Of a stretch of DNA of 64,000 nt, positions 45,845 through 56,235 are shown in pieces; the stretch's first letter is position 1, and every line of letters begins with the position of its first letter. Under the pieces are notes generated by a model. The model did not search any database. It worked only from the letters and a program-made list of their open reading frames with translations, and was not told the origin of the DNA. This stretch comes from Phycisphaerae bacterium (GTDB lineage Bacteria > Planctomycetota > Phycisphaerae > UBA1845 > Fen-1342). The position numbers and the translations under genes are program-made. The DNA lies in NCBI GenBank assembly GCA_050115495.1, contig JASFQK010000016.1, positions 64,001 through 128,000 of the forward strand. Direction: 5' to 3'.

Positions 45845-47831
45845 GGCTGCCCTCCAGTTCGCAGGTCACGATGTGACCGGTCAGATCCTCGAAGCTCTCC
45901 ATGACTTCCTTGAAGTTGGCGTATTCCTCGGGCGGGATCTGCCACCGTTTGATGCGCAGCTCGCACGTGTAGTGAATCTGGTTGCCGCTGGTCTCGATCT
46001 CGAAGTGCAGCGCGGCCGACGGTCCGTCGAGGTCGACGGGGTCGGGCGTCTCGACAACGCTCCAGCCGTCGGGCAACTGCAACGTCTCCTCGAAGCGGGC
46101 CAGCCGCGTGGCCAGCAGGCTGATGGCGTACTTGCGCTCGTCGAGGCCGGTTTTGCCGAACAGGTCGTAGATGGTGCGGTTGCCGAGCACGCTCTGCATC
46201 ATCGGCAGGGCGATGAAGCGACGACCGGCGGTGCCCAGGGCGTAGTCGGGAGCCTCGAAATCGCAGTGCAGCGTCAGCGGCTCGGAGAAATCAACCGGGT
46301 CCGTGCAACGAATGTTGCTCGGTTTGGCGTTTGGGGAAAGCCGCTGGAAAGTGTCGTCGAAGAACCCCAGACGCTGATCCGGTGGCAGGCCGGCGAGCGT
46401 TCGGCGGAGCCGTCCCTCGGGCGTGCCGCAGGCCACGAAGTCGAGCGAGCCGGTCAGCCCGTTGTGCCCGTCGATAACGGTGCGCGCCTGCCAGGTGGCG
46501 GCGCACTCTTCCGGCGGGAAATAGGGCGACTGCGACAGCTCCTTGCCCTCGGGGATGCCGTAGACCACGTGCTGCAACGGCTCGAGCGTCGACCAGTTGT
46601 CGCGGCTCTTGGTCATCCACGTCGGGTCGAGCAGTTTCAGCGAGCCGTCCGGCCAGCGGATGCAGGTGACGGCGTGGTTGAACTGGTCGGCCGGGATGCG
46701 GTCGACACGTTGCCGGGCCATGGTCATGACCAGGAACGAGTCGTAGCCGGCGACGCGCAACATCGTTACCAGCATGCCGGCCTTGTCCTTGCACACGCCG
46801 CAGCGGTCGTGGAATGTCTCGATGCTCGGGTGAATCGTATAGCCCTCGCACATCCCGCGGCTCGTGCCGGCGTAGCGGATGTTTTCGGCCACCCAGTGGT
46901 TGAGGGCGGTGTACTTCTCCTCGTCGGTGCGGCAGTCCTTGATGACCTCGGCGACGGTGGCCCGGATGTCGTCGTCGGCCTCGAACTGCGGCTCGCTGAC
47001 CTCGTAGAGCCAGCGGCCCTTGTCCTGCCACGTGGGCAGCGTGGCCAGCAGGAGCTTCGGGGCGACGTTTGGTGCCGGCTCCATGCTCGGCTCGCGCTCG
47101 AACGGCGTGATGTTCTCCTTGGTGAAGGTGTACACCATGTGCTCGTCTTCGAGCTGGACGGAGACCCGCACCTCGCCGTTGTAGATCTCGTACTGCAACT
47201 GCTTGTCCGTCGGCACACGCACCGTGAAGCGCTTCTCGATGATCGGCACGCCGGACCAGAAGTCGACCTCGTCGTGCCAGTGCCCCGGGACCGGCGGCTG
47301 GAGGGCCACGCCTAGCGCGTTGCGGTCGTCGAAGCCCGGGTCCGCGAGGTAGGCCACGTTGAAGCCGGTCATGCGGGTGATGGACTCAACGGCGTCGCCG
47401 ATCTCGAGCCGCGGCAGGTCGATCAGGAACTGATCGGTCGGCCAGAAGATGCCGTGGGCCGGCTGGGGCTGCTGGGCGGGCCGGTCGATCGACACCTCCT
47501 CGACGTCGCCGCCGGCGCGGTAGATGCGGAGGGCGACCAGGTCGAGGCGGTTGGTGTGCGGATCGAAAGGAAAGCGCTGGACGGCCTGGCTGCGGATGCC
47601 GCCGTCGCGGAGGATCTTGACGACTTTGTGCTCGGTGGCGATGCCCAGGCCGTTGGGCATGACCGTAACATCTTTGTCGTCAACGACATAGACGACGTCG
47701 GCGTTCCACTTCTCGGCGTCGCCGGCGGCCTCGATCTTGGCGCGGAGATCGTCGTCCGCGCGCAGGGCCGGCGGGCACAGCAATAGCCCGAGTCCGGCCA
47801 GGATGCAGATTCGCAATCGGCAGGTTCTCAT
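45831..47831 (-). CDS. DUF3857-domain transglutaminase-like protein
   Basis: WVAENIRY, GVCKDKA, QFNHAV, LLDPT (Cys-His-Asp triad); signal peptide. Confidence 0.85.
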   Translation of the reverse strand: MRTCRLRICILAGLGLLLCPPALRADDDLRAKIEAAGDAEKWNADVVYVVDDKDVTVMPNGLGIATEHKVVKILRDGGIRSQAVQRFPFDPHTNRLDLVALRIYRAGGDVEEVSIDRPAQQPQPAHGIFWPTDQFLIDLPRLEIGDAVESITRMTGFNVAYLADPGFDDRNALGVALQPPVPGHWHDEVDFWSGVPIIEKRFTVRVPTDKQLQYEIYNGEVRVSVQLEDEHMVYTFTKENITPFEREPSMEPAPNVAPKLLLATLPTWQDKGRWLYEVSEPQFEADDDIRATVAEVIKDCRTDEEKYTALNHWVAENIRYAGTSRGMCEGYTIHPSIETFHDRCGVCKDKAGMLVTMLRVAGYDSFLVMTMARQRVDRIPADQFNHAVTCIRWPDGSLKLLDPTWMTKSRDNWSTLEPLQHVVYGIPEGKELSQSPYFPPEECAATWQARTVIDGHNGLTGSLDFVACGTPEGRLRRTLAGLPPDQRLGFFDDTFQRLSPNAKPSNIRCTDPVDFSEPLTLHCDFEAPDYALGTAGRRFIALPMMQSVLGNRTIYDLFGKTGLDERKYAISLLATRLARFEETLQLPDGWSVVETPDPVDLDGPSAALHFEIETSGNQIHYTCELRIKRWQIPPEEYANFKEVMESFEDLTGHIVTCELEGSHAQR

Positions 47832-47992
47832 TCGTGGTCTCCAGGATTCTCGCTCGCAACCCCGCGCGCAACGCTTCAGCTCGCCGCGTGGTCGGGAGTG
47901 TACCCGATCCGCCCCGGGGCGGCCAACCCGTGATTGGGGGGGCTTCGGCGGGCTGCTGGCTGGTAGCCGTCAGCCCTGAGCCTTGAGCCGGA

Positions 47993-48079
47993 GTGTGGCA
48001 TGCTGAAGCCTTAGGCGCCGGCATGTCTTTCTTCGGCGTCGGGGAGCACATGCCGGCGTTGCGCTTCAGCGTGGCACAC
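47993..48079. repeat. Inverted-doublet palindromic repeat family 2 (other copies 51204-51290, 55991-56053 partial, 59362-59446, 61300-61386)
   Basis: GTGTGGCATGCTGAAGCCTNAGGCGCCGGCATGT...ACATGCCGGCGCTGCGCTTCGGCATGCCACAC-like sequence at each locus. Confidence 0.85.
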
Positions 48080-48145
48080 CCCGTGGCGTCGGCCCCCTGT
48101 GGCCGACGTTGATCGCCGAACGGCGCGAGTCGTGCCGTTTCCGTT

Positions 48146-49540
48146 TCAGGCCGCCGCGTGCCGGATGTCGCGCAGCGCCCGCAGGTAGCGCCGAATGGCG
48201 AACGCCAAGCCCAGCATCGGCGGCGTGAACACGGCGACCAGCATCGTGCCCTCGGCCAGAAGCATTCGGCCGGTTGGCAGGTGGTCGACCCATTTTCCCC
48301 ACGGCGTGAGTCCGTGCAGCCCGGCAATGGCGAGAAACGACAGCGGCAGCAGAACCCACATCGGCAGGAGGAGGACGGTCGCGTAGGCGGTCACAACCGT
48401 CGTCGGTCGCGGATCACGCAGCCCGAACCGGCAGGCCAGCAGGGCCACACATCCGCCGCCGATCATCGTGAGCAGCAGCGGCAACAGCGTGAGCATGCCA
48501 AGCACGAAGACCAACTCGAACCAGGATTCGCCGACGTCCGAGTCCGAGCGGATGTCGTACCAAACCGGCCCCGCGACCACCAGCAGGACCCAGAGGGCCG
48601 CCAGCCAGCAGACCCGCATGGCGAACCGCACCACCTGCTCCTGCCCGTCGTAGACGACGAGCGTGCGGAAGAAGTGCGGCTGACGCAGGATCCGCCAGGA
48701 TGTGCCAGGAAACGCCAGAAGCCGCCGGCCGAGACCGCGCGCCGTGGCCCACGCCGGCGGTTGACGCGTGCCGGGCAGCGAGGCGGCGACTTCGAGCCCA
48801 CACTCGGGGCAGCGGCCGTCCGTGGGCAAGCCGGTCAGTCGATAGCCGCATCCGTCGCAGCACGCCGGCCGGCGTTCGTCGCCATCCTGATCGAGCCAGT
48901 GGACACGCGAGCCGAGCCACAGCAGCAGGTGGAGCCAGTACACCGCGGAGGCGACTGCGGCGAGCACAACCAGCAGGTCTTCATCGAAGCCGGAGTCCGG
49001 CATCTCCCGCACCAGTACGATCAGCGCCAGCACGCCGGCGGCACAAGGCACGATGGCCAGGCTGCTCCAGAGGACGAGCTTGAGCGCCCGGCCGAAAGCC
49101 CGTCGCCGCTTGCTGGCGCTGGCGACAAGCGGTAACAGCCCCCAGGCGAGCAGCCAGCAGAGTGCGTGACCACAAAGCGGCGGGATGACCACCGGCAGCA
49201 CGTCCCCTCTGCTGACGAGCACGTGCGCCTTCTCCACCGCGATGACCAACGGCAGCCGAATCTGCTCCCCGAGGCTCAGGCCGGTGAGGTCCTCCGTCAC
49301 GAGGTCCGGACCGGCGGATTCGAAGACCAGCAGCACGAACGCCGTCCACAGCAGCAGGGGCACGATGTGCACCAGCAGCGCGACGAAGATGCTGGTGCAG
49401 GCCAGACGTGGACCGAGACGTCGCGGCAGCACGAGCTGTCCCACCAGCGCCGGCAGGAACAGCAGGACGCCGATCGGCCGGGCCGGGATCGCCGGGGACC
49501 GCGGGGCGCATTCCCAATATTCAGGAACGACGTTGGTCAC
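48146..49540 (-). CDS. Array family A, copy 1: polytopic membrane protein with central zinc ribbon
   Basis: VVPEYWE N-terminus; CDGCGYRLTGLPTDGRCPECG; WRILRQPHFFRTL; C-terminal LRDIRHA; GTG overlaps the stop of the family-B gene. Confidence 0.85.
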   Translation of the reverse strand: MTNVVPEYWECAPRSPAIPARPIGVLLFLPALVGQLVLPRRLGPRLACTSIFVALLVHIVPLLLWTAFVLLVFESAGPDLVTEDLTGLSLGEQIRLPLVIAVEKAHVLVSRGDVLPVVIPPLCGHALCWLLAWGLLPLVASASKRRRAFGRALKLVLWSSLAIVPCAAGVLALIVLVREMPDSGFDEDLLVVLAAVASAVYWLHLLLWLGSRVHWLDQDGDERRPACCDGCGYRLTGLPTDGRCPECGLEVAASLPGTRQPPAWATARGLGRRLLAFPGTSWRILRQPHFFRTLVVYDGQEQVVRFAMRVCWLAALWVLLVVAGPVWYDIRSDSDVGESWFELVFVLGMLTLLPLLLTMIGGGCVALLACRFGLRDPRPTTVVTAYATVLLLPMWVLLPLSFLAIAGLHGLTPWGKWVDHLPTGRMLLAEGTMLVAVFTPPMLGLAFAIRRYLRALRDIRHAAA

Positions 49541-51072
49541 GGCTCGACGTCCTCGCTGTCAGGTTCGGGCAGGAACTGGCCGATGGGCGTCGGCACCAAT
49601 TCGGGTTCGCACTTCGGGTACGGCCGTGGCGAGGAGTAGAGCACGTCGTAATCGTCAAACGATCTGTTCTGGGCACCGTACGCAACACCACCGTCGTCGT
49701 CGCCGTCCCGACCGCGACAGTAGAGCACGTAGCCGTCGCCGTCGCGGCGATAGAGAAACGGAGCGTCGCCGAACGGGTCGAGTGGAAAGTCGGCGATGTA
49801 CGTGGGGGTCAGTTCCGCGAGTGTCTCCGGATAGACGCCACGTTCGCTGCGAAAGCGGCTGAGGGCGATCGCCAGACGCGTCCCGTCGACGGCGGCACCA
49901 ATATCCAGCGCACGTCGGTAGCCGTGCGTAATCACGGAGACCTCTGCGTAGCGCAACGCGGGGCCATCGACCAGGCTGAAGGGGACCGTGCGTCTGTACA
50001 GACGGTCCATCTCCGTCGCCGCGTCTGCGTACGTCAGCTCGGGCAACCGGCGCAGGTCGTCGCAGTATCGTGCCCACTTGGCCTCGACCGTGCGGCGATC
50101 GCTGTAGAGGAATGATGTGAGGTTCCAGAGCGGGTGCTGCGCGGCGTCTTCGCCGGGAGGTTCGGTCAGGAGCCGTTCCATCAGCAGCCGTTGCCGACTG
50201 AGGACGTACCAGCCGTGGCCGCTGGCGTCACGCGTGTAGCAGGTGTCGATGATGGTCTGGTACATGACCTCGTTGCCGGCGATGGCTCTCGACCACATCT
50301 GGCTCGGCGTGGGTAGCTGACGCAACACGCGGTCGATGTCGGCGGCGAGAGCGTCGTCGAGCGTGTGCTCGCGGCTCATGTGCTGCAGTTCTGTGAGGCA
50401 GCGGTAGAAGCACGATTCGCGGACGAGCATCACGATTAGCGTGTCGACCGATTCCGGCTGCGCCAGCCACAGGGCGGATTGCAGGTCTTCCCAGGCCATC
50501 GCCAGGTCGCCGCGCTCGGCGTGCTGGTAGCGGGCGTCAGCGGTCAAGTGTGCGGCCATCTCGCGCATGTGCGTCAGGTCGATCCCCTCGTAGCCGTCCT
50601 GCAGAGTGCGCATGTGATCGTATTGCCACGGCCGCCCGCGCAGGTCACGCAGCGCGGCGAGGCGCTGCCGGGTAGCATCATCTGTGAGATGGGTGATCGC
50701 CGCTTGGAGGTGGGGGCGGTCCGCCGGCGTCCATTCACCGCGGGCCACGTCCTCCATGTCGAGGTCGTTCTGTCGATAGCTCTGGGGCCGCTCCCAACGC
50801 ATCCCTGCCGGCGGCGCCGGCAGGACGAGCGGTACGTCTTCCGTCAGGGCGAGGACGTGCTCGGTCACTTCCGCCGTCACGTCGTCGGGTTTCGGCGGGC
50901 CCGGCGTGGTGACGCCCTCGAAGATGTCCTCCACGCGCCGCGGCGGCTCGACGGTCAACCGCAGGTATACGTACCGCGTGCACCACCCGACGAGCAGAAG
51001 GGCGATCACCAGGTGCAGGCCCCTGCGGCGCCAGCGGCGGGCGCGGTCGGTCCTCCCCGGTACAGCAGTCAT
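49537..51072 (-). CDS. Array family B, copy 1: single-TM protein with GspG-C-like tail
   Basis: YLRLTVEPP; ADARYQHAERGD; HPLWNL; YPETLAEL.P.YI..PLDPF...YRRDGDGYVLY.RG.DGDDDGG. Confidence 0.85.
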   Translation of the reverse strand: MTAVPGRTDRARRWRRRGLHLVIALLLVGWCTRYVYLRLTVEPPRRVEDIFEGVTTPGPPKPDDVTAEVTEHVLALTEDVPLVLPAPPAGMRWERPQSYRQNDLDMEDVARGEWTPADRPHLQAAITHLTDDATRQRLAALRDLRGRPWQYDHMRTLQDGYEGIDLTHMREMAAHLTADARYQHAERGDLAMAWEDLQSALWLAQPESVDTLIVMLVRESCFYRCLTELQHMSREHTLDDALAADIDRVLRQLPTPSQMWSRAIAGNEVMYQTIIDTCYTRDASGHGWYVLSRQRLLMERLLTEPPGEDAAQHPLWNLTSFLYSDRRTVEAKWARYCDDLRRLPELTYADAATEMDRLYRRTVPFSLVDGPALRYAEVSVITHGYRRALDIGAAVDGTRLAIALSRFRSERGVYPETLAELTPTYIADFPLDPFGDAPFLYRRDGDGYVLYCRGRDGDDDGGVAYGAQNRSFDDYDVLYSSPRPYPKCEPELVPTPIGQFLPEPDSEDVEP

Positions 51073-51159
51073 CGAAGCCCTCCACGTCCGCTCGATTGCG
51101 GCAACGATCGCGCGTCACCATGAGCGACCGGCCCGCCGCCACAACGCTATCTGGCGTGC

Positions 51160-51187
51160 ATTCTCCGCCGGCGATCCGTCCCGTCAA
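51160..51187 (-). promoter_or_regulatory. Conserved promoter TTGACG-N16-GAGAAT (unit 1)
   Basis: Same hexamers and spacing upstream of all four array units. Confidence 0.7.
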
Positions 51188-51308
51188 CCCGGCGGGTGGG
51201 CGGGTGTGGCATGCTGAAGCCCTAGGCGCCGGCATGTCTTTCTTCGGCGTCGCTGAACACATGGCGGCGCTGCGCATAGGCATGGCACACATCCGTGGCG
51301 GCACCGAC

Positions 51309-51334
51309 GTAGCGTCGGCCCCCGTGGCCGACGT
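51309..51334 (+). repeat. GTAG-type REP (further copies at 48083-48109, 55921-55947, 59450-59476, 61396-61422)
   Basis: gtagcgtcggcccccgtggccgacgt. Confidence 0.8.
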
Positions 51335-51377
51335 CGATTACCAAGGAACGCTCGAATCGCACGCTCGCCCCGCGGCC

Positions 51378-52775
51378 CTAGTCGAGCGCGTTGCGGATGT
51401 CGCGTAGCCCGCGGGCGTACCGCCGGACCGCGAAGTACAGTGCCGCCATCGGCGACAGGAATACTACCGGCAACACACACGCCTGCGCGAATTGCAGTGC
51501 CGAGAGCGCCGGCTCTTCGATGCCGTTGTCCGGCGACAGGTGCCACTGCGACAGGGCGAGTCCGACCGCGCAAACGGGCAGCAGCAGTCCCAGTGGCAGG
51601 AAGAGCGCTGCGGCGTAGCCGGTCAGCACCGTCGTCGGCCGTGGATCGCGCCAGCCGAACCGGCAGGTCACGAACGCCGCGATCCCGCCGGCGAGCATCG
51701 TGATCAGCAGCACCCCCAGGAACAGGCCGCCGAAGAGGAGGGTCGCCGTCGGCCAGTACTGGGGTAGGCCCACGTCACGGAGCAGCGCCCAATCGAGCGG
51801 CGCAGCGCACACCAGAAAGTGCCAGATCGCGACAATCCAGCACATCCGGACGGCGAAGCCGACCGCCTGGCTGCGTCCGTCGCGCACGGCGAGCGTGCGG
51901 AAGTAATGTGGTTGGCGCAGGATCTGCCAGGTCGTGCCGAAAAACGCGCGGAAGCGCCCTTCCAGACCGCGGGCGGCGAACCAGGGCGGCTGCGAGCGGG
52001 CGGTGGGTAGCGACGCGGCCAGTTCCAGCCCGCATTCCGGGCAGCGGCCCGTGATGGGCAGACCGGTGATCTGATAGCGGCAGCCGACGCAGTGCGGCGA
52101 TCGTCGCTCAACGGCCTCCCGGCCAAGGCGCGGGACACGTGAGCCGAGCCGCAGCAGCACGTACATCCAGCAAACCGCCAGCAGCACCAGCCAGAACAGG
52201 ACGAGCCAGTAGTCCACGTCTCCAGCGAAGGAGATGGTTTTCCGTCTCAGTACGATCACGCCCGCGAGGCCAGCGGACGCAGGCACGAACAGAATGCTGC
52301 TCCACAACGTGAGCTTGAGGCACTGGCCAAACGTACGCCACCGGCTGCCCGCATCGCCGACAAACGGCACGAGACCCCAGGCGAGAATCCAGCAGGCGGC
52401 ATGGGCGGCAAGCAGCGTGATCAGGAAGGGCCACACGGTGTACGCGCCCACCAGTGCCTGCGACATCTCAACCCCGACCACGCCCAGCACCCGCACGCGC
52501 TCCAGGAAGCTCGACTGGGCGAGTGTGCTCTCGATGTCCCACGGCCACCGCGGAGCAATGGCGAGCAGCGGGGGAACCACGGTGAGGAGCAGGGCCAGCC
52601 CGTGCGCCAACACCGCCTTGAACGGACTGGAGCGGACCAGCCGTGGTCCGAGACGCGCGGGGATCAGGAGCAGGCCCGCCAGAATTGGCAGGAAGAGGAG
52701 GTAGCCAACCGGCCGAGCCTGAACGGGCGGCTCTGCCGGCGTGGATTCCCAGTACTCGGGGACGACGTCGGTCAC
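51378..52775 (-). CDS. Array family A, copy 2
   Basis: CVGCRYQITGLPITGRCPECG; WQILRQPHYFRTL; LRDIRNA. Confidence 0.85.
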   Translation of the reverse strand: MTDVVPEYWESTPAEPPVQARPVGYLLFLPILAGLLLIPARLGPRLVRSSPFKAVLAHGLALLLTVVPPLLAIAPRWPWDIESTLAQSSFLERVRVLGVVGVEMSQALVGAYTVWPFLITLLAAHAACWILAWGLVPFVGDAGSRWRTFGQCLKLTLWSSILFVPASAGLAGVIVLRRKTISFAGDVDYWLVLFWLVLLAVCWMYVLLRLGSRVPRLGREAVERRSPHCVGCRYQITGLPITGRCPECGLELAASLPTARSQPPWFAARGLEGRFRAFFGTTWQILRQPHYFRTLAVRDGRSQAVGFAVRMCWIVAIWHFLVCAAPLDWALLRDVGLPQYWPTATLLFGGLFLGVLLITMLAGGIAAFVTCRFGWRDPRPTTVLTGYAAALFLPLGLLLPVCAVGLALSQWHLSPDNGIEEPALSALQFAQACVLPVVFLSPMAALYFAVRRYARGLRDIRNALD

Positions 52776-54301
52776 GGTGTGCCCTCATCTGGATGCCCGC
52801 CAGGCCGTCGGCTCCTGCCGCGAATCGGCTCCAGACTGGGCTCGTCTCGTGGCTTCGAGCGCGGCTCAGAGTAGAGCCCGTCACCGTCGTCGGCCGACCC
52901 GGAGTGGGGATCGCGTGGCATACCGCCATCGTCATCGCCGTCTCGCCCGTGGGAGTAGAGGACATAGTCGTTGCTCCCCACCGGCCGGTAGCCAAACGTC
53001 GCCCCGCTGAACGGGTCGGCCGGCAGGGCGGAGAGATACGCGGGCACGAGTTCGGCGAGGGCTTGGGGATAGGCCCCGTGCTCGCCGCGAAAGCGGGCCA
53101 GGGCGAGCGCCACGCGCGTCGCCTCACGCGCGGCCTCCCCACAGACGCGGCGGCTGTAGAGGTTTTCGTAGCTGTGCCAGCAGAACCAGCACAGGACGCG
53201 TCCGTCCAAAAGGTCAAACGGCAGGCCGGGGCCCGTCAGCCGCTCCGCCTCGGCCACGGCTTCGGCGTAGTCCAGCTCGACGACACGGCGCAGGGCGCCG
53301 TAGCACGACGCCCGCTTGGCTTCGACAGTCTGGCGGTCGTTGTAGAGGAACGAGGCGAGGTTCCAGATCGGCAAGCACGCGTCGGGGCCGACCGGGTCGA
53401 AATCAAGCAGCCGCGCGGAGAGCGGCCATTGGCGGGAGAGCACAAACCAACCTTGGCCGTTCGCGTCGCGCGTGTAGCTGGCGTCGATGATGGCTTGGGC
53501 CACGGCCTCCTCGCCGGTGATCGCCGCAGGCCAGGTCCGGCTCAGCGAGGGTAGCTGGCAGAGCTGGTCGTCCATCTCCTTCAGCAGATCGTCGTCGAGC
53601 GTGTGCTCGCGGCTCATGAAGCGCAACTCGTCGAGGCAGGTGCGAAGGCAGGTATCCTGTGCGTACGCTGGCAGAGTGCCGTCTATCCGAAGGTCCCGTG
53701 CCACCCAGAGCGCGGTTTTCAGGTCTTCCCAGGCCGCCACGACGTCGGCCTGCTCGGCATGCTGGTAGCGGGCGTCGGCAACGAGCAGGAACGCGATTCG
53801 ATAAAGGTGTGACAGGCAGAATCCGTCATAGCCCGGCTCTTGCGAGCCACACCAGTCGAACTGCCAGGGCCGTCCGCGCAGGTCATGGAGGCTGGCGATC
53901 CGCTCGCGCGTGTCGTCATCCCGGAGATAGTCGATGACCGCCCGGAGGTGAGGGCGGTCGGCGGGGGTCCACGGGCCGCGGAGCACATCTTGCGGCGAGA
54001 GCACGTACGTGTTCCCCGCGGGCCAAGTCCACTTCATTCCCTTCGGTGCCGGCGGCAGGCGGTAACGGACCTCTTCCGCCACGGTGAGCGCCAGCTTCGT
54101 CAGCTCCGCCGTGGCGTCATTAGGCTCCCGCGGGCCGGGGGCGGTTATGCCCTTGAAGATGTCCTCGACACTCCGCGGCGGCTCCACGGTCAGCCGTAGA
54201 TACGCGTACCACCCGAACCAGCCGAGCAGCAGGGCCGCGATGCCCAGGCGCAGACGGCGCCACCGTCGAGCGCGGGCGGTCTTCGTCGGCGCGGCGGTCA
54301 T
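52772..54301 (-). CDS. Array family B, copy 2
   Basis: Family-B motifs; ATG overlaps the stop of copy 3 (ATGA). Confidence 0.85.
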   Translation of the reverse strand: MTAAPTKTARARRWRRLRLGIAALLLGWFGWYAYLRLTVEPPRSVEDIFKGITAPGPREPNDATAELTKLALTVAEEVRYRLPPAPKGMKWTWPAGNTYVLSPQDVLRGPWTPADRPHLRAVIDYLRDDDTRERIASLHDLRGRPWQFDWCGSQEPGYDGFCLSHLYRIAFLLVADARYQHAEQADVVAAWEDLKTALWVARDLRIDGTLPAYAQDTCLRTCLDELRFMSREHTLDDDLLKEMDDQLCQLPSLSRTWPAAITGEEAVAQAIIDASYTRDANGQGWFVLSRQWPLSARLLDFDPVGPDACLPIWNLASFLYNDRQTVEAKRASCYGALRRVVELDYAEAVAEAERLTGPGLPFDLLDGRVLCWFCWHSYENLYSRRVCGEAAREATRVALALARFRGEHGAYPQALAELVPAYLSALPADPFSGATFGYRPVGSNDYVLYSHGRDGDDDGGMPRDPHSGSADDGDGLYSEPRSKPRDEPSLEPIRGRSRRPGGHPDEGTP

Positions 54302-55788
54302 TGTGGTCCTCCGTCCATCGGCACTAACCTGGGCTCGCACATCGGATCCCGGCGCGGCCCGGAGTAGACCAGGTCACAGTCGTCGACACGCCGGCCTCCC
54401 GGGCTGGGAGCGGCGCCGCCGTCGTCATCGCCGTCCGGACCGCGCGAGTAGAGCACATAGGCCTCGCCATATCGGCGATAGAGGAACGGCGCGTCCCCGA
54501 ATGGATCCAGCGGCAGAGCGGACATGTACGCCGGCACGAGTTCGGCCAGGCTCTCCGGGTACTTCCCACGTTCGCTCCGGCAGCGGCCGAGGGCGAGCGC
54601 CAGACGCGTCGCGTCGATTTCGGCATGCGTGGCCAGCAGTTGGCAGTACGCCTGCACAAGAGCCGGTGTGCACAGCCCCTTGAGAACGGCGCCGTCGACC
54701 GAGCAGAAGGGTCCGTCGCGCAGGCCCAGCCGATCAATGCTGGTCCGGGCGTCCGCGTAGGTCAGGTCGACGAGCTGGCGCAGCGCATCGAAGTACCGCG
54801 CACGCTTGGCCTCAACCGTGCGGCGATCGCTGTAACAGGCGGACGCCAGGTTCCAGAGCGGGTGTTGCGCGAACGATCGAGGAATCACAGCCAGCAGTCG
54901 GTTCTGTTGCCGGCTGACCACGTACCAGCCCTGGCCGTGCTGGTCGCGAGTGAAGCACGTGTCGATCGTACGTTGGATCATCGCTTCCTCGTGGATCACG
55001 GCCGCGCGCCACGTTTCGCGCAACGGAGACCATGCGCGCAGGGCGGCGTCGATCTCCGCGACGAGCGCCTTGTCCGGGGCATGCTCGCGGCTCATTTGCT
55101 GCAGTTCCGAGAGAAACAAGCGTGCGTGGCTCAGTTGCAGGATCACGCCGAGCGCGGACTCCGGTTCATCGGGCTGCGAAAGCCAGATCGCCGTCTTCAG
55201 GTCCTGCCAGGCGGCGGCGAGATCGCCACGTTCGGCATGTTGGTAACGGGCGTCGGCCGCCAGCAGAACGATCGCGCTGTACCGCTTCCACATCTCCAGG
55301 CCGGCGTAACGGGGCTCGTCCGAACGGAAAAAGTCGTACTGCCACGGCCGCCCGGACAGGGCGTGCAAGGCAGCGAGGCGTTCACGCGTCAGGTTGTCGC
55401 CGAGATGGGCGATTACGGCCCGTAGGTGGGGACGGTCCACCGGCTTCCACCAGCCACGCGTGATGTCGCCAACGGCAAGGTACTCCGGCGTCTCTTGGCG
55501 GTGCCACTGCCACTTCATGCCCGCCGGTACGGACGGCAGATCGAACGGGACCTGCTCCGTCAGCGTGAGGACGAGTTGGCCCAGCTCAGCGGTGACGTCG
55601 TCCGGCTCCGGCGGGCCGGGGTCGGTCGCGTCCGCGAAAGCGGCCTGCTCACTGAGCGGCGGCTCTACCGTCAGCCGCAGGTACGCGTACCGCCCGAAGT
55701 GGCTGAGCAGGAGGACGGCAATTGCCAAGTGTGAAATCCACCGCCACCAGCGACCAGCGCCAGCGGCCCTCCCCCATGCAGTGGTCAT
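54298..55788 (-). CDS. Array family B, copy 3
   Basis: Family-B motifs; GGGAGG RBS. Confidence 0.85.
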   Translation of the reverse strand: MTTAWGRAAGAGRWWRWISHLAIAVLLLSHFGRYAYLRLTVEPPLSEQAAFADATDPGPPEPDDVTAELGQLVLTLTEQVPFDLPSVPAGMKWQWHRQETPEYLAVGDITRGWWKPVDRPHLRAVIAHLGDNLTRERLAALHALSGRPWQYDFFRSDEPRYAGLEMWKRYSAIVLLAADARYQHAERGDLAAAWQDLKTAIWLSQPDEPESALGVILQLSHARLFLSELQQMSREHAPDKALVAEIDAALRAWSPLRETWRAAVIHEEAMIQRTIDTCFTRDQHGQGWYVVSRQQNRLLAVIPRSFAQHPLWNLASACYSDRRTVEAKRARYFDALRQLVDLTYADARTSIDRLGLRDGPFCSVDGAVLKGLCTPALVQAYCQLLATHAEIDATRLALALGRCRSERGKYPESLAELVPAYMSALPLDPFGDAPFLYRRYGEAYVLYSRGPDGDDDGGAAPSPGGRRVDDCDLVYSGPRRDPMCEPRLVPMDGGPQ

Positions 55789-55884
55789 GGTAATCCTCCC
55801 ACTTACGCCGCGGCAGTCGGCACGCGGCGACGATCACCTGTTGCGATCGCCAACCGGCGCGGCGCCGCAGCGCTATCTACCCCT

Positions 55885-55912
55885 ATTCTCTATCGGCGAT
55901 CGCATTCGTCAA
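55885..55912 (-). promoter_or_regulatory. Conserved promoter TTGACG-N16-GAGAAT (unit 2)
   Basis: ttgacg aatgcgatcgccgata gagaat. Confidence 0.7.
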
Positions 55913-56077
55913 CCCGGCGCGTGGCGTCGGCCCCCCGTGGCCGACGTCGATCGCCAACGGACGCCCAGCTTGCGTGCAGCGTCCGGCGGGGTGTGGCATG
56001 CTGAAGCCTCAGGCGCCGGCATGTCTTTTCTTGGCGTCGGGGAGCACATGCCGAATGGCGCGCGACACGCGCGTCTG

Positions 56078-56159
56078 TCCGAGCCGCGATCGGGAGCGAG
56101 CGGTGTGCGCGGACGGCGCGTTGCTGGCGGCAACCCGTCGCTACCGCTCGGGGCTCGGA
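56078..56159. repeat. Palindromic repeat family 3 (other copies 59529-59610, 61857-61938)
   Basis: TCCGAGCCGCGATCGGGAG...GGCGGCAACCCGTCGCTACCGCTCGGGGCTCGGA with inverted ends. Confidence 0.8.
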
Positions 56160-56235
56160 TCGGCGTTGACACGCCTCACCCGTCACTACCGCTCAGGGCT
56201 CGGGTTTGTGCTGCGTGGGTCGCTCCCCCATTCCG

